DNA of 64,000 bases from Octopus bimaculoides (GCF_001194135.2 NC_068988.1:69210207-69274206); one strand, 5' to 3'. Counted from the first letter of the stretch, positions 26,052 through 40,585 are shown. The notes: generated from the sequence alone by a model not told the origin. Translations and numbers: made by a program.

Positions 26052-27379
26052 GTGAAAATAAAACATCTATGATGAACTATTGAGAAACTTATAGTTACTA
26101 TACCTGGATTATAAGTTCAGGTATTTATTGGAGAACTGGGCTATGTAACAAACTGCTTGCCTAACACTAATCTTGAAAAATGAGCCTTATCAAAACTAGA
26201 AAGGAGAAAACTATTTCGAAGACTACAGATTCAAGCCATCAATGGAACTATAAAAATTTGTAAAACTTTCCAGAAGTTTAGCATTTGAGCATAGACATAT
26301 GTGTCTACACATGCAACTATATGCATGAGATTACATACATAAAACAAAACATACAAAACTACACATGCACAGACTCAAAATTCTACACACACACATGCAT
26401 ATGCAAAAACTTTGTTGATATTGTTGAAATTTCAAAGGTGGAGCCTGGGATCAAGGTTAGAATCTAGGTTAGAAACCATCTTTTGACTCTTGGCAAGAAA
26501 TCTTGAAATGAAACAGAATAGTAACATACATACATGTATTCATGAATGCATACACACACACATACACACACACATATGTGCATGTACACATACACACATG
26601 GATTACATACATTCACACTCATAGATAAAGACAGTTATTCTTATGTTCATACATACAAACAAGCATACATACATTACATACAAACATCCTAATATTCATA
26701 TACTAGGGAAAAGGAGAACATCTTTGGAAAACTAAGAGAAACATATGCCTCATATCTAGATTATAGATTTTTGTTTGTGACTATTATCAAAGGAGCCCTG
26801 ATCTGTGTAACTTCAGATTTACATTTTAAAACCTAGAAATGTTGGGTTTCTTCAAGAAAGATCAAAGCTAACAGATCCAAATTTTCCAAATCAATGAATG
26901 AATGAAAACTTGTAAAATATTCCAAGTATTCTTCAATCGAGGTTTCTAGACTGAGCACGTGTACATGATGTGTGTGTGTTTGTGCGTGTGAACTACATAC
27001 ACACCCATACACACTTTAATAGTAGTGAAGCACACAGGCTTGCAAACTAAAATGACATGTTTATGTTTATCCTCCTATACACATACATATATACACATAT
27101 TACCAAGCTCACGTATCAACACATTCCAAGAGCTGACTTGACTTAAACAAAAAAGCCTTGCCATTTTGATAGTGACTGGCTTGGTTTCTGCAAACGAAAA
27201 AAAAAATCATCACAAAGAAATAACAGCCATTCACTCACACACACACATACACATATACAAGAATACATACAGACATACACATCTAAATACACACTTACAA
27301 ACATACATAGATCGATACATCTATGCATACATTGGTTTGGAGGAGCTGTGCCACTGGTGTTTGCTAACTGGTCAAGACT

Positions 27380-27830
27380 GATTATAAGGTCACTTGCATC
27401 ATAGAACTTAAAGAACCTGAATTCTCCTCATTTATGGGGCTATAGTTATAGCTTCTATGTACACCTTGGAATCAATTGCGCTTCTGTCCAGCATATCTAT
27501 TGAAGTAACCAGCAATGAAAATAAGGTTTCTGTCGTTGAGGTAATCTGCAAAATGTTTTTATAAAATTGGTCTTTTGCTCATCTGCCAATCCTGATTGAG
27601 GATTACTGTGGTTTTATTTTAAAAGATTAGTCCAATGTTAATTATAGTATTGCACATTCTTATTTTCTTCCCAACTACTTCCATCCATCCTTATATAATG
27701 CAAGGTTACCATCCATCTTCTCCACAACAAAACATCGACACATGTCCCTCTATCATACTCCAGCCTTTCAATACTTGGTATGAAGCCACCTCTCCTTCTC
27801 AAGTACTCCATCCTCAACTTAGTTGAGAGG
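27380..27830 (-). mobile_element. RTE-clade LINE APE-endonuclease fragment (degenerate)
   Basis: The minus frame ...NPQSGLADEQKTNF...GEFRFFKFYDASDL parallels PQPGLPDGLKDQFY...RLLEFCDATNL at 63659-64000. Confidence 0.75.
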
Positions 27831-28923
27831 TATTTTCTTTTTCCTTCTCATGTCTTGCAATACTTTGATGACTTCACTAGTACTACTCACACAAGATAAA
27901 TATCCAGTAGACACTGAAAAGTGTCTGGCATTAGAAAGGGCATCCAGCCTTAGAAACCATGCCAAAGCTGACACTTGGGTTCAACACAGCCCTTCAGCTT
28001 ACCTATAGGTTTGGGGACAAACGGACCGTTTTTCTTAGTTCTGGTTTGCATTCATAATTCCCCATTCTCTCTCTTTCTGTATATGTGAGTGAAAGAGTGT
28101 GTGTGTATGTGTACACACACTTGGTCTATTGCATACCTCAGGTTATTGCCTCCATCTAAAAAATATAGGGGTAGCCATTATCTTTCGTTGGTCAACCAAT
28201 GATAAATGATATTAAATGATGGCTGGATTCCATATTTTACAAGAGAGTTTTTGATTAGTCAATCAGTTTAGCTTTAGTGAGATGCAGAAAATCAATTTCT
28301 GGGTCAGTGCTTTTTGCATTCTATCTATCTATCTATCTATCTATCTATCCATCTATCTATTCACTTGTCTGTCTGTTTATCTGTCTACATGTCTATCTAT
28401 CACCCTATTTGTATTCATGATTTGAACAACCAAAAAGATTCTTTAAGAACAGTCTTTACCTTTTTAATCCACAAAAACCGTCTCTATCTTGATTCTGACT
28501 GTCATAAGATCACAATCATACTAAGAGATCCAATTTAGATTGAAATGTGCATATGTGATGGGAATTTTATAATTTTTATTTGCCATGAAAGAAGAAATAT
28601 TCTAGATATGATTCTATAATTAAATTTTAATTATTATTGCTATGAAATGACTATACATTAAGATAATAATGATGTGTGTGTATGTGTGTGCAATTTGCAA
28701 GCAGTTCTATGCAACTTGCCAATTATCAAGAGCTAAAATGGCATTTTATATAGTATTTATTGCACAAATCACAAAGTTATTTGATTTTTTTGAGAAACTC
28801 AATACTTTCGAGGAAATCCTCACGGTTGAGAGCTCACATGAGCCAGACAATATAATTTTCACTCTATTTTCCTTGCCTTGCACGAAATATGAATGAATAT
28901 GTGCACACGTGTGTGTGTGTGTA

Positions 28924-28966
<43 letters not shown>

Positions 28967-29355
28967 ATGTATATATATATATGTACATATATATATATAC
29001 AATACATATATATACATACACACACACACATNNNNNNNNNNNNNNNNNNNNNNNNNNNNNNNNNNNNNNNNNNNNNNNNNNNNNNNNNNNNNNNNNNNNN
29101 NNNNNNNNNNNNNNNNNNNNNNNNNNNNNNNNNNNNNNNNNNNNNNNNNNNNNNNNNNNNNNNNNNNNNNNNNNNNNNNNNNNNNNNNNNNNNNNNNNNN
29201 NNNNNNNNNNNNNNNNNNNNNNNNNNNNNNNNNNNNNNNNNNNNNNNNNNNNNNNNNNNNNNNNNNNNNNNNNNNNNNNNNNNNNNNNNNNNNNNNNNNN
29301 NNNNNNNNNNNNNNNNNNNNNNNNNNNNNNNNNNNNNNNNNNNNNNNNNNNNNNN

Positions 29356-29428
<73 letters not shown>

Positions 29429-31014
29429 ATGTGTTTGTAGGTGTGTGTGTGTGTGTTGGTAGGGGTTATATCTGTGACCATAGTCCAAATCAGAAACGAC
29501 TAATTCACATACCAACCTTCCTTCCTACCACCTCTCTTTTATTCATACTTTCTCACAAACACCATTCCACTCTCACAGTATATTTCTCATACCCTGTGAT
29601 CATCTCCTCATATGCTTCCTGTCTCTATCTTTTAACCTAATTACTTCTTTCTCCAATACCAATTACATTACATTTCTGCTCTGTCAACACCCCTTTGTCT
29701 GAAAGCCCTCACTTTTTCACTTCTTGCTACAGCCAAACTTACCCATTATCAAGGTTTGCTGAACCTTTTGACTTCATCAATCTCTCCAGTGTTTCTAATG
29801 TGATTAACGACATTTTGTCTCATACTCATAATCACAAATCAAAACTGTCTGCATCACTCTGATCAAGAACGTGTGAAAATGGTATTTGTATCGATGACAG
29901 CAATTTCGTGTTCAAAAAATCATATGTCCATTATTGTAGCTCTCCAGTGATTTAGTAGAACAAGGTTTATAATTAGATCTAACGGCAACTCTAGCTGATT
30001 AAAATATGAAATGCGAATCAATCAGTTTAACAAATGTTGGAGAATCTTACAAAAGTAAAAAATTGACTAATCATCCTTCAAGGCACACTCTAAGATAAAC
30101 AATTTAAACTGAAGAAATTTTAGTGTAATTTTGTAAAGGGTTCTGGATATCAACCCAACCTTTATTTAATTTAATTTGTCATTATCAACATCATGATTTC
30201 ATTAATTTGTTCTGAATTTTCCAAACAAGACAATTAATTTTGGGTCCATTATTGTAGTGTTTGTAACTAGACTGATTTATTAACTCTAAAATTTCTGCTG
30301 ACAAAACAAACAAACAAACTGTATTACTATCAGTTTTTATTTTTTAATTTTTAACACATAAACTCACATCCTGTATAATTATCCAATTTAACAGTACTAT
30401 AAATATTTCATTCGTTTTTAGTGTCAATATTTGTATTAAGCCCTGTCCATTATATATCCTTACTTCATTACTTCATATTTAGAAAACAATATTTTCTAAT
30501 GGTCATCTCCATACAGTTAATTTTAGAGATTAGAAAATAAAACAAATGAAATAGTAAGGATAAAATTAAAATGTTTTACAGACTACTTTTATATCAACAT
30601 GATCAATACTTGTACGAAGTTTTTGATTATTTTTTTCTTTGCATTGATGGGAAAATACAACTGAAATTTGAAAAAATGCTACCATAGAAACCACCTATGT
30701 ATTGCGATTTTGGATAAAGAATTGAGATTTTAAATGTTCTATCAAAAGGAATTGGTATGGATTGTTGGGATATTAATAGTTGCTCCGAAACAAGGAATGA
30801 AAGTGAGTTTGAATAGTTTGTAAAGGCACAACAGTCAAGGAAGAGAAAGACAATTGAATCAAAAAGTAAGAGATCCCAAATAATGGAATAAATGTTTTCA
30901 TTATAAACAATCCAGAAGAAATTAGTCTGATTCTACCAGGCAAGGTAGGTTAGGATCTCCTGAACACACAGTAACTGGCTTTCCTGGAGCACAGTGACAG
31001 GACAATCAAACAGC

Positions 31015-31170
31015 TTTCTCTCTGTCTGTTTGTCTGTCTCCCTCTCTCTCTCTCTCCTCTCCCTCCCTCTATCCTCTCCCATCACTCTCTCTCCTCTCCC
31101 TCCCTTTATCCCTCTCCCCTCTCTCTCCCTCTTTCTCCCCCTCTCCCCTCTTTCTCTCTCTCTCTCCAAA
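31015..31170. repeat. (CT)n/(CCT) polypyrimidine tract
   Basis: Directly visible. Confidence 0.9.
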
Positions 31171-31468
31171 ATACATCTAGACAATAGAGTAATCGAAATC
31201 TAACAAGAAAGAAAAGCGAATACTAGAAACACCTGGCACAATTTGCAACAAGTTCATTTTGAGACAGGAAAAAAACAAAATATCAAATTTTACACAACTG
31301 GCTGAAAACCACACAAGTTCCACCAAAATAGTCACAAAGAGGAATNNNNNNNNNNTACTTCCCCAACATGAAACAGGAAATGTCTTTGCCTGTTTGTCTG
31401 CACTGCAAAAAACTTAACATTAGTCTACTGAGCTAGAAGTGTTTGTACAGATTTATAAGAAAGATATT

Positions 31469-31791
31469 GAAGGCACGTGGCTTAGTGGTTAGGGCATTCG
31501 GCTCACGATCGTAAGGTTGTGAGTTCAATTCCCGGCAACGCCTTGTGTCCTTGAGCAAGACACTTTATTTCATGTTGCTCCAGTCCACTCAGCTGGCAAA
31601 AATGAGTAGTACCTGTATTTCAAAGGGCCGGCCTTCTCACACTCTGTATCATGCTGAATCTCCCTGAGAACTACGTTAGGGGTACACGTGTCTGTGGAGT
31701 GCTCAGCCACTTGCACGTTAATTTCACGAGCAAGCTGTTCCATTGATCGTATCAGCTGGGACCCTCGTCGTTGTAACCAACGGAGTGCTCC
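31469..31791 (+). mobile_element. tRNA-derived SINE B2 (different head, CORE-like centre, 3' module shared with B)
   Basis: tggcttagtgg A box, gagttcaattcc B box, gtgtccttgagcaagacac core; tttataagaaa flanks both ends (probable TSD). Confidence 0.9.
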
Positions 31792-31931
31792 TTTTTATAA
31801 GAAAAATTAACCTTGCTTAACTGCTTCCTTCTGTATGAAAGCTAGTTAAATATCTTGCTGTTGCTTGAACAGGAATGAATTTTTGACAATTAGTAGAAAT
31901 ACTGAATGCAGTGTTTTCTTTAGTATATGCA

Positions 31932-32380
31932 GACGTGGACATGATTGTGTAATAAGAAGCTTGCTTTCCAACCACATGGTTCCAAGTTCACTCCCCATTA
32001 CATGGCACCTTGGGGAAGTGTCCTCTTCTATAGCCTCAGGCTGACCAAAGCCTTGTGAGTGGATTTGATAGAGAAAAACTGAAAGAAGCCTGTTGTGCAT
32101 TTATAAATATATATATGATGATGATGATGTGTGTGTGTGTGTGTCTTTATGACACACACACACATGTGTCTTTATGTCTGTCACCCACCACTGCTTGACA
32201 ACCTGTGATGGTTTGTTACATCCCTGTAACTTAGCAGTTTGGCATAAGAGACTGATAGAATAAGTAACAGGCTTAAAAAACAATTAAGCACAGGGTTTTA
32301 TTTGTTTGGCTAGAATTTCTTCAAGTTGGCATCCCAGCATGGCCACAGTCTAATGACTGAAAGAAATTTAAAAAATAAAA
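31932..32380 (+). mobile_element. SINE family A, diverged full-length copy (minus-strand head fragments at ~32462-32610 and ~33475-33626; core fragment at ~35625-35710)
   Basis: aagcttgctttccaaccacatggttcc...ggcaccttgggg...aaagccttgtgagtggatttg...catggccacagtctaatgactgaa. Confidence 0.85.
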
Positions 32381-33651
32381 GAAAATATGGGTGTGCATAA
32401 GTGTGAATATTTATTCATGTATATGTTTATGAGCTTATACATTTACACATGCATCTGTACAGTCTCCATTTACCAAATTTCACTCAGTATTCATGTAATG
32501 AATATATACAGTAGAAGACATTTTCCCAAGGTGCCACATTGTAAGAGAGAACTTGAGATTATACTGTAACAAAGTGAAAATTATACCCACACAGCTATGG
32601 CTGTACTTACACACATGCATACACATACATATGTATAGGCTGAACCCAAGCACTTGTCAGCTTTATTTTGAAGAAAGAAACTACTTTATACCAGTGTAGA
32701 AATAAGGAATTATTTGTCCCTCAACATCAAGTCAATACTTAATCTTCTAACTACATTACAATGATAGAAGTCATAATGGAAGCTAAATGACCAATGGTTG
32801 TTAAGAATTATCTTAGAAATTCATTTCAATGTTCACAAGACAAGGGCATTAAATAAATTAGAACAATTTAATGCGTTAGCATCATATTTTTCCCTGAAGA
32901 TTACATGAATTTCAGCATGACTACAAGATTGAATAGCACCAAAACTATACGTAGTACTATTATTAAAACGAAAAGCAATTTACTAAATGTGAGGTATTTA
33001 CTTCAATTAAGTAGAGAATTAGTCCCCAGGTGATTGGGTAAATCAATATAAGTACCACCATAATTTATCTTAAGGCTTCAAATATATGTTGTGAAATGGA
33101 TAAATTTAGTCAGGAAGAACAATAAATATATACTATATGATGTGGTGGAGATAGAAGTAAGTCAAGACTACAATGGATTTATAGATGTTTACAGTGACAA
33201 TAATGAGATCAATTATGACTGTGGTTGGCTTCTTTTATTTGCATGAATATTATTTTCAAGTAAAGTAATATTCTTTAAGTGCAAACAGTTCACTGGCTAG
33301 ACATGATTCCATGGAAGATTGCAAATAAACAATATTGCTTGCATGTTTAAAGTAGTGCATGATGTTAAGACAAGGAGACATATTATCACAAACACTTACA
33401 CACAAACACATGCACTCGCGCACACACACACACACATACATACACACACATGCGCACACACACATGCAATGGATTTCTTCCAGTTTCTATCTACCAATTT
33501 CACTGACAAGCTTTGGTTGGTCTAGGTCTTTAGCAGAAGATATTTGCCAAAGGTGCTGCAAAGTGGCACTGAACCTAAACCCATGCAGCTGTGAAGTGAA
33601 CTTAACTCATAATCCTACCTGCACCTATTGTTGTCGGCGCCATTGTCGTCG

Positions 33652-33665
33652 TCATCATTATCATT

Positions 33666-33741
<76 letters not shown>

Positions 33742-33915
33742 CTTATGTTTACTTTCTATGCTGGTACAGACTGGACAAATTGCCACAAACATAGCCAGCA
33801 CAGATTCAGCAAAAAGGACCATATCTTGCTTGTGTGTTTCATTTTTGGCTTGGCTTGGATAACTTCCCCAACACCAAACATTTCACAGAGTGGAGTGTGT
33901 GCCACTTTTGTGGTA
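33652..33915 (-). mobile_element. Family D copy whose (GAT)n tail has expanded to ~30 units
   Basis: The reverse complement gives tgtccagtctgtaccagcatagaaagtaaacataa followed by (GAT)n, i.e. the D 3' end. Confidence 0.7.
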
Positions 33916-36095
33916 TCATCTATCAGAGAGGAAATGTTTCCCTAGATGTGTCCATATATCACTCACCAACCTCTTTCTCAAATGAGAGGCATTGACAATA
34001 GGAATAAATGATAAGATGGTTGAATGACAGACATACACAGTATTCTGAGGTATGTTTGTAAAGACAAGACAAGGTGGCCAAGAAAGTAAGGTGATGATTA
34101 ATGGTAAGGTGTTCTTGGAGACGGAACTATGATAGAAACCTAAGCTGTGTGGAGCATAAAAAGCAGATCCATGAAGGTAGACAGAATGAGAGAGTGTTGG
34201 CAGATAGCACAGGAGAAGGTGTATGCATGTATGTGTGTGCATGCATGTGTGTGTGTAGGTGTGTACATATGTGTTTGTGTGTGTGTATAAAAATATATAT
34301 GCATGTGTATGAATATATGTGTGTATGTGTATGTGTATGTATATATATATATATATATATATTTGTACATATACATGTATATAACTTATTTATACATATA
34401 TATCTTTGTACACAAACATATGCATATATGTGTGTATATAATACACACAAACACACACATCTACATATACACAAATATATATGTAAATATATATATATAT
34501 ATTTTATATATATACATATATATATATGAGTATGTATGTGCATATATGTATATACACCACACACACACACACACACACACATGTACCACCTTATCTAATA
34601 ACAGTTTCATTTGTCTAAGCTATGAATATATGATGAGTTGGATCTGTTGATGTCAAGACAGAATAGCAAAATGGTTTCCATTGATGATGAACTTAGAAAT
34701 CTCCAGACTAGAATGGCAGCAGTTATTACAATTATAGCAGGGATTAATACAGCATTATTGGGTAGTCAATTGTGGATAGTGTAGTTTACTGGCTGCATAT
34801 ATTAATACAGTTCTATTAGTTTATAATGGTAATAGTCTTGTGGTTTCATTTGAAGACAATATAAAATGAACGTCTTGTTGAAAGAAGCAAAGAAATTATA
34901 CAACGCTAATGTAATTAAGTATGTAGCAAGAGAAGAAAGGTGGTGGTGGTGGTGGTGGTTTTGGTGGCGGTGACAGCAGTGGCAGCGATGGCAGTGGGGA
35001 GAAGCGAGAAGGGGAGAGGGGAGGGTGTAGAAGGGAAGAAGGAGAAGAAGAAGAAGAAGAAAGAGATGAGGTCTGGCAGGCATAATGAATATATATTTAC
35101 AGTTAATTTGCTATCCCTCATTCACTACCATTACCACTAACAACAAAAACGGCAGCAACAACAACAACAATGACAGAAAAATAAATACAGTTTTGATGCC
35201 CATTTACTAAACATGTTGTCAAGAACCAGACTAATATATCAATATATCAGCACTTTATTTACTCTTGTGTTATTTCATCTGTGAAACCCAAGAGCCACAT
35301 ATCAAAGCCACCACTATATCTTCCATTGTCTTTCTGTGAACTAAAATTACTTAACACTTACCATTTATCATTTATACACTTCACTGCTGTTGTTATCTAC
35401 TAACACCATAGTTGTGTAATAATCTCCCAAAGAAACATTGGTAAGACCACTGTTAGTAGATCCTGTTAACACCTAGTGCTGTGGTTCACAAAAGATTCAC
35501 TGCACCATACCAGTGAGTAGCAGAATGTGATGAATATAAATTAAGTCAAGAAATTCCTTACTAACAGTTAAGTGTCTTGAGAAACAAGTTATTTTTATTT
35601 GTGTTATACACAGATTTTATAATCTATTGGGCAAGTGTCTTCTACCAAACTGACCAATGCCTTGTGAGTGAATTTGATAAATAAAACCTGTGTGGAAGCT
35701 CATTGTGTGTATGTATGTAAGTATAGTTTATATTTTAGAGACGGATTTTCTCTATATATAGAAACACTTCAAAGTGCTCAAGAGATTAGAACTTGAGGTG
35801 TTAGATAAGTAAAACAACTACAAGCAAGCTAGGTATGTCTATTTACACATGAAGATGCATTCAGTCAAAAATAAAAATGTAAATGTGTGTGGATATCAAG
35901 AATGCATAGGCCAACTTACATGAAAAAAACAGTATCACAAATAAGATAGATAGAGTTTTAAAAGTCCTAAAGCCATTCATTTCAGGGGTCTTGGTAGTCC
36001 TGATATACGACAGATATTAGGGTCCATTATTGATTATCACTACCTCCTTCTTCAGGGGAAAAATTTGGGTAGTAAAAAATTTTACACTTAAAATG

Positions 36096-36127
<32 letters not shown>

Positions 36128-37000
36128 CTCCCTCACTCCTTCATAATGAATATAATAGTATATGTTGGTGGGGTGAATCAGGATAAATTAACTTAAGTGG
36201 GTTAAAAATGAAATACTTGTGGGTAATGAGGACTTACTAGACGTAAGTAAAATTATATAAATGATGTGTTCCTTGTTATAACAGAACATTTTCATCTGTC
36301 AACACTGTATTTGTCCAATGTAATAGACATGTAAATAAATTCAATAAACTTTTTGAATTCAAGCAGTACAGCATATCATTTGGACCACCATGAATTCTAT
36401 TTTCCTCCTTTCAAATCAAGGGGGTAACGTCAGTATAAATAAATATATTTTGGAGTAACTGGTTAAAAAGTTCCTCAGCCCTTGATGTAGGTAGTGTAGG
36501 TACTGAGCTTAATGATGGAGAAATGTGTGAAGGGTGAAGGAATGGAAGGAACATATATTCACCTCATTCCCGTGATCTGTTCTATTCATATACAATCTCT
36601 TATCTGTTCAATTCACAAACATTGTCTCCACCATTATAACTCCTGAATTTTCAGAACAACATAAAGGTTTATCTTAACCTTAACCATGGTAATTCTTGTT
36701 TGCCATGCACTTAGTGGAGAACTCAATATGAAATTTGTTTGATTCTTTCAATCCCTATTATCACATATATATTTATATATATATATATAAGTTAGTAAAT
36801 ATTGAGGTTGTGTTAACTGCACGTGGAGAAATAATAGGAAAATGAAAAATAATAAGAAGGCAGAATGCTAAACTGAAAGCATATTTTAATATAGATGTGT
36901 AAAAAGGATTTCTAACGGGCTTTCATTGCATGGCAAATTTTCAAGAAGAGGGAGAACGAAAATGCTTTTTACAAAAAAGTAAAAAATGATATATAAAAAA

Positions 37001-37437
37001 ATAACAATACCAGTACATTATATTGTCTTTGAGCTTTTAAAGTTCAATGGTAATCCATGTAGATAATAGCTGGAAAAATTAGGATGCATGAAATTGAGAA
37101 TTGTATTTGGTTTAAAAAAAAGAAATGGGGCTGAAGGTTTATGTGTTAAGCAGGAAGTGTGGTGTCAAAACAGGAAGTGTGTAAGGGAAGACAATTCTGT
37201 GGGTTTTATACTCCAACTAAAGGGTATAAAACCCACAGAATTGTCTTCCCTTACACACACTTCCTGTTTTGACACCACACTTCCTGCTTAACACATAAAC
37301 CTTCAGCCCCATTTCTTTTTTTTTAAACCAAATACAACTCTCAATTTCATGCATCCTAATTTTTCCAACTATTATTTACATGGATTACCATTGAACTTTA
37401 AAAGCTCAAAGACAATATAATGTACTGGTATTGTTAT
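37001..37437. repeat. Long near-perfect inverted repeat (foldback)
   Basis: Arms 37001-37211 and 37224-37437, 12-nt loop; 3 substitutions and 2 small indels by manual comparison. Confidence 0.95.
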
Positions 37438-37880
37438 GNNNNNNNNNNNNNNNNNNNNNNNNNNNNNNNNNNNNNNNNNNNNNNNNNNNNNNNNNNNNNN
37501 NNNNNNNNNNNNNNNNNNNNNNNNNNNNNNNNNNNNNNNNNNNNNNNNNNNNNNNNNNNNNNNNNNNNNNNNNNNNNNNNNNNNNNNNNNNNNNNNNNNN
37601 NNNNNNNNNNNNNNNNNNNNNNNNNNNNNNNNNNNNNNNNNNNNNNNNNNNNNNNNNNNNNNNNNNNNNNNNNNNNNNNNNNNNNNNNNNNNNNNNNNNN
37701 NNNNNNNNNNNNNNNNNNNNNNNNNNNNNNNNNNNNNNNNNNNNNNNNNNNNNNNNNNNNNNNNNNNNNNNNNNNNNNNNNNNNNNNNNNNNNNNNNNNN
37801 NNNNNNNNNNNNNNNNNNNNNNNNNNNNNNNNNNNNNNNNNNNNNNNNNNNNNNNNNNNNNNNNNNNNNNNNNNNNNNNN

Positions 37881-37925
<45 letters not shown>

Positions 37926-38111
37926 GGGAGAATTCACAAAAGAAAACAAAAGACAAACACAGGTGGTGTAGACAACAAACATGTATTAGTTTAATGCTCG
38001 GGAAGTGAAAGACGCTTTAATGTTTCAAGCCTACGCTCTTCTACAGAAAGAAACAAGGAGAGAAAATATAGAATTTATAGTGGCTAGCAATCTATCATGG
38101 CAATCTATATA

Positions 38112-38884
38112 CAGTGTGCGATGGGTAAATTGTCACCGTTTTATATTTTTAATTTTGCACATGTGCATTGTCTGTTTTTGATTTTGTTGACTACACAGTA
38201 TGGTAGGGTCAGTTGGGCAACATCTATGAGGAAAACAGCACCATGATGCAATTCGCTCTGCCAGAAATTTGGAAATGACATGCTGTACTGCTAGGCATTT
38301 GTGCCTGAAGCTCCAATATGAACAGGTCAGAATGTTTGAGTGTCAATCTGAGGACATGAACCGAGAGTGATAAAAATCAAACATCCAGTCAATATCATGG
38401 TGTTTGGAGTGATTACTAGTGATGGCAACGTTATGCCTCTATTCATCTTCTCAAACAGCCTCACACTCAACATGGAGGCCTACATTAGGTGCCTGGAGGG
38501 GGTAGTGCTGCCCAGAGTCAAGGGGCTGGCTGCTGGAAGAACCTATGTCTGGCAACAGGACTCTGCACCGTGCCACACAAGCAGGAGAACCCAGTCATGG
38601 CTGTCAGAAAATTTCTATGACTATACCACCCCTAACATCTGGCCTTTTAACTCCCCAGACTGCAACTCCTTTGATTATTATGCATGGAGTGCAGTTGGAT
38701 GAGACCATCCAGAAGAGTTGCAGGAGATTCAGAAGTCGTCTGGAGGCTGTGGTTGATACCAATGGTGATTTTATTGAATAAATTTACTTTTTAGTATTTC
38801 AAGATTCATTTATGTAATTTTGGTAAGTATGTCTGCTAAAATGAGATGTCAGTATTATTTCTATTTTTGTGTAATTTAGATGAC
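38112..38884 (+). mobile_element. maT/DD37D-like Tc1-mariner element, internally deleted; right end runs into a gap
   Basis: TA|cagtgtgcgatgggtaaattgtcac left end; HPVNIMVFGVITSDG...WQQDSAPCHTSRRTQSWL...WPFNSPDCNSFDYYAW. Confidence 0.88.
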
Positions 38885-39757
38885 NNNNNNNNNNNNNNNN
38901 NNNNNNNNNNNNNNNNNNNNNNNNNNNNNNNNNNNNNNNNNNNNNNNNNNNNNNNNNNNNNNNNNNNNNNNNNNNNNNNNNNNNNNNNNNNNNNNNNNNN
39001 NNNNNNNNNNNNNNNNNNNNNNNNNNNNNNNNNNNNNNNNNNNNNNNNNNNNNNNNNNNNNNNNNNNNNNNNNNNNNNNNNNNNNNNNNNNNNNNNNNNN
39101 NNNNNNNNNNNNNNNNNNNNNNNNNNNNNNNNNNNNNNNNNNNNNNNNNNNNNNNNNNNNNNNNNNNNNNNNNNNNNNNNNNNNNNNNNNNNNNNNNNNN
39201 NNNNNNNNNNNNNNNNNNNNNNNNNNNNNNNNNNNNNNNNNNNNNNNNNNNNNNNNNNNNNNNNNNNNNNNNNNNNNNNNNNNNNNNNNNNNNNNNNNNN
39301 NNNNNNNNNNNNNNNNNNNNNNNNNNNNNNNNNNNNNNNNNNNNNNNNNNNNNNNNNNNNNNNNNNNNNNNNNNNNNNNNNNNNNNNNNNNNNNNNNNNN
39401 NNNNNNNNNNNNNNNNNNNNNNNNNNNNNNNNNNNNNNNNNNNNNNNNNNNNNNNNNNNNNNNNNNNNNNNNNNNNNNNNNNNNNNNNNNNNNNNNNNNN
39501 NNNNNNNNNNNNNNNNNNNNNNNNNNNNNNNNNNNNNNNNNNNNNNNNNNNNNNNNNNNNNNNNNNNNNNNNNNNNNNNNNNNNNNNNNNNNNNNNNNNN
39601 NNNNNNNNNNNNNNNNNNNNNNNNNNNNNNNNNNNNNNNNNNNNNNNNNNNNNNNNNNNNNNNNNNNNNNNNNNNNNNNNNNNNNNNNNNNNNNNNNNNN
39701 NNNNNNNNNNNNNNNNNNNNNNNNNNNNNNNNNNNNNNNNNNNNNNNNNNNNNNNNN

Positions 39758-39790
<33 letters not shown>

Positions 39791-39824
39791 TTGCATGTAT
39801 ATATGCATCTGTTTATCTATTTAT

Positions 39825-40045
39825 CATGTTTGTGTTTGTGTCCCACTCCCACTTCTTGACACATGGTGTTGGTTTGTTTACACTCCATAGCTTATCAATT
39901 CAACAAAAGAGATTGAGAAAATAAGTACCCGACTTAAATAGAAAAGTAATTACTGGATTGGATTTGTTTAATTAAAACCCTTCATGCCAATGCCCCAGTA
40001 TGACCCCAGTCTGATGATTAATACAAGTAACAAAAAGGAAATAAA
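39825..40045 (+). mobile_element. SINE family A 3' half, diverged
   Basis: gtttgtgtccc...cttgacacatggtgttgg...aaaataagtac...ccccagtatgaccccagtc...acaagtaacaaaaagg. Confidence 0.7.
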
Positions 40046-40366
40046 AGAAGAAACAATAATTTCTCTCAATTTTTTCCTTTGTTTTTTTTCAAATTTATTA
40101 TTTTAAAACATCGGACTATGGATAATTAAATTACAACAGGTATATAGTCCTTTTTTTTTGTATTATAGTGCATTGTTGTACCATTCAAAACTTTTTATTC
40201 TTTACAGTTTTATGTAAACTTTCCATATGATATGTACCAGTAAATTTTTATTTAAACTCCAGTGGACAAGGAAATTAGAAAGATGAAGGATCACTAGGCT
40301 AGCCCCTAATTCAATTCATTTACTCACTGCTACTCATATAAACTAATATTAATATTAAAGAAACTT

Positions 40367-40585
40367 AAGGCAGCAAGCTGGCAGAATTGTTAGCATTCCT
40401 GGTAAAATGCTTAGCAGCATTTTGTCTGGTTTTATGCTTGAAGTTCAAATGCTGCCAAGGTTGACTTTGCCTTTCAATCTTTCGGGTTCGATAAAATAAT
40501 TACAAGCTGAGCACTTGGGTCAGTGTAATCAGCTTGATCCCTTCCCGATATTACTGGCCTTGTGTCAAACTTTGAAACCAATATT
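40367..40585 (+). mobile_element. SINE family C (a reverse fragment also lies at ~41340-41450)
   Basis: aaggcagcaagctggcagaattgttagc...aagttcaaatgctgccaagg...gaaaccaatatt. Confidence 0.85.
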
